This document shows, piece by piece, positions 63,204 through 64,000 of a DNA stretch of 64,000 nt; the first letter of the stretch is position 1; each line of letters starts with the position of its first letter. Location: assembly GCA_032718475.1 (NCBI GenBank), contig JAUCBJ010000122.1:51122-115121 (forward strand), read 5' to 3'. The stretch is from Nemertoderma westbladi (taxonomy: Eukaryota; Animalia; Xenacoelomorpha). Made by a program: the position numbers and the translations under genes. Under the pieces are notes generated by a model. It ran no database searches, was not told the DNA's origin, and was given only the letters and a program-made list of their open reading frames with translations.

Positions 63204-64000
63204 TGATAAATGGTTTATGCCAACACTAATTAATAGTGGCCGATTTTAATTATCGTAAATATATAACTAGTGGTGTATTGTTTAAATGACTTTATTAGCT
63301 TTAAAATTACCACTACAAACTACCAATTTTACTTTAGGCCTAATTAGTAATTTGGTGTATTTAAAATTTAAAAAATGGTTTAAATTCAAACTATTGCATG
63401 AGCATAAAAGGATATTATTACATTTGTATTACATGAGTCAATAGACGAGTCAGTTTCTTACAAGAGATGTTATTGCCCTGTAAACTGGGCTACTCTGCCT
63501 TCTGCCTACTTTACTTCCCGGGCATCTACAGCAATATTAACTTAAAGGAAGAACAGGAGTCTTACACCCCCAATAAACCTGTTCCAACCTGTTCTTCCTT
63601 TAAGTTAATATATACATAACAACCCCCTGTTAGTCAGTATGTCGTTAACATCAATTATCTACAGCAATGTCATACATTATTGTGTGGCGGCGACTGCAGT
63701 GAGGTTGCCAACATTCGGGGGTGATGTGGACCTGGTAAAGAAAGAAAGTCGATTGGGTTCAGTGGTTTCGGGTTTATGAGATAAATGTAAATATAACTGC
63801 AAAGAACATTTCGAGTAACACTTTGACTGTCTTTGACGCACCGGTGCGTCAAATGGTATACAATAGATTGTGCCATGACGCATATATCCGTCATTGATTC
63901 AAACTGTGATGTAGAGGAAATGGTAGGTGATTTGTTAAAATTTCATGTGCCACCTTGTGAACAGATCCCAAATTCATTTTGTGACATCATCCATGACGCA

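Overview
AT-rich, repeat-dense eukaryotic (invertebrate animal-type) genomic DNA with spliceosomal introns; no prokaryotic operons or CRISPR arrays. Genes I can reconstruct by hand: (1) a minus-strand secreted nidogen-like gene (signal peptide, EGF, G2 beta-barrel, EGF/cbEGF exons at 17951-17208, 16804-16648, 13937-13692, and probably 152-<1); (2) three intronless SLC18B1-like MFS transporters (2078-3385 +, 54785-56116 -, 61872-63203 -); (3) a four-exon RhoU/RhoV-type GTPase (26514-37040 +); (4) 3' exons of a PLAT/LH2-repeat (LOXHD1-like) gene (42591-40774 -); (5) an intronless SF3B2/SAP145 (47657-50623 +). Mobile DNA includes an intact piggyBac transposase with only one recognisable end, sitting between two copies of a ~2 kb duplication. 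There are also several MITEs, at least nine 3' fragments of one RTE-type LINE, two CRE-type RLE retroelement fragments, tRNA-derived SINEs and seven minisatellites. The most unusual observations are these. A 74-bp minisatellite is 30 copies of a real exon/intron junction, which gives 29 extra GTAAGT donor sites. A second intronic array (in RhoU/V) also mimics its host's donor site. A tRNA-like head is fused to a hammerhead ribozyme core at 54.3 kb. A CRE-type element is inserted into a 34-bp minisatellite with a 16-bp target-site duplication. All calls are by eye, with no alignment or database search run.
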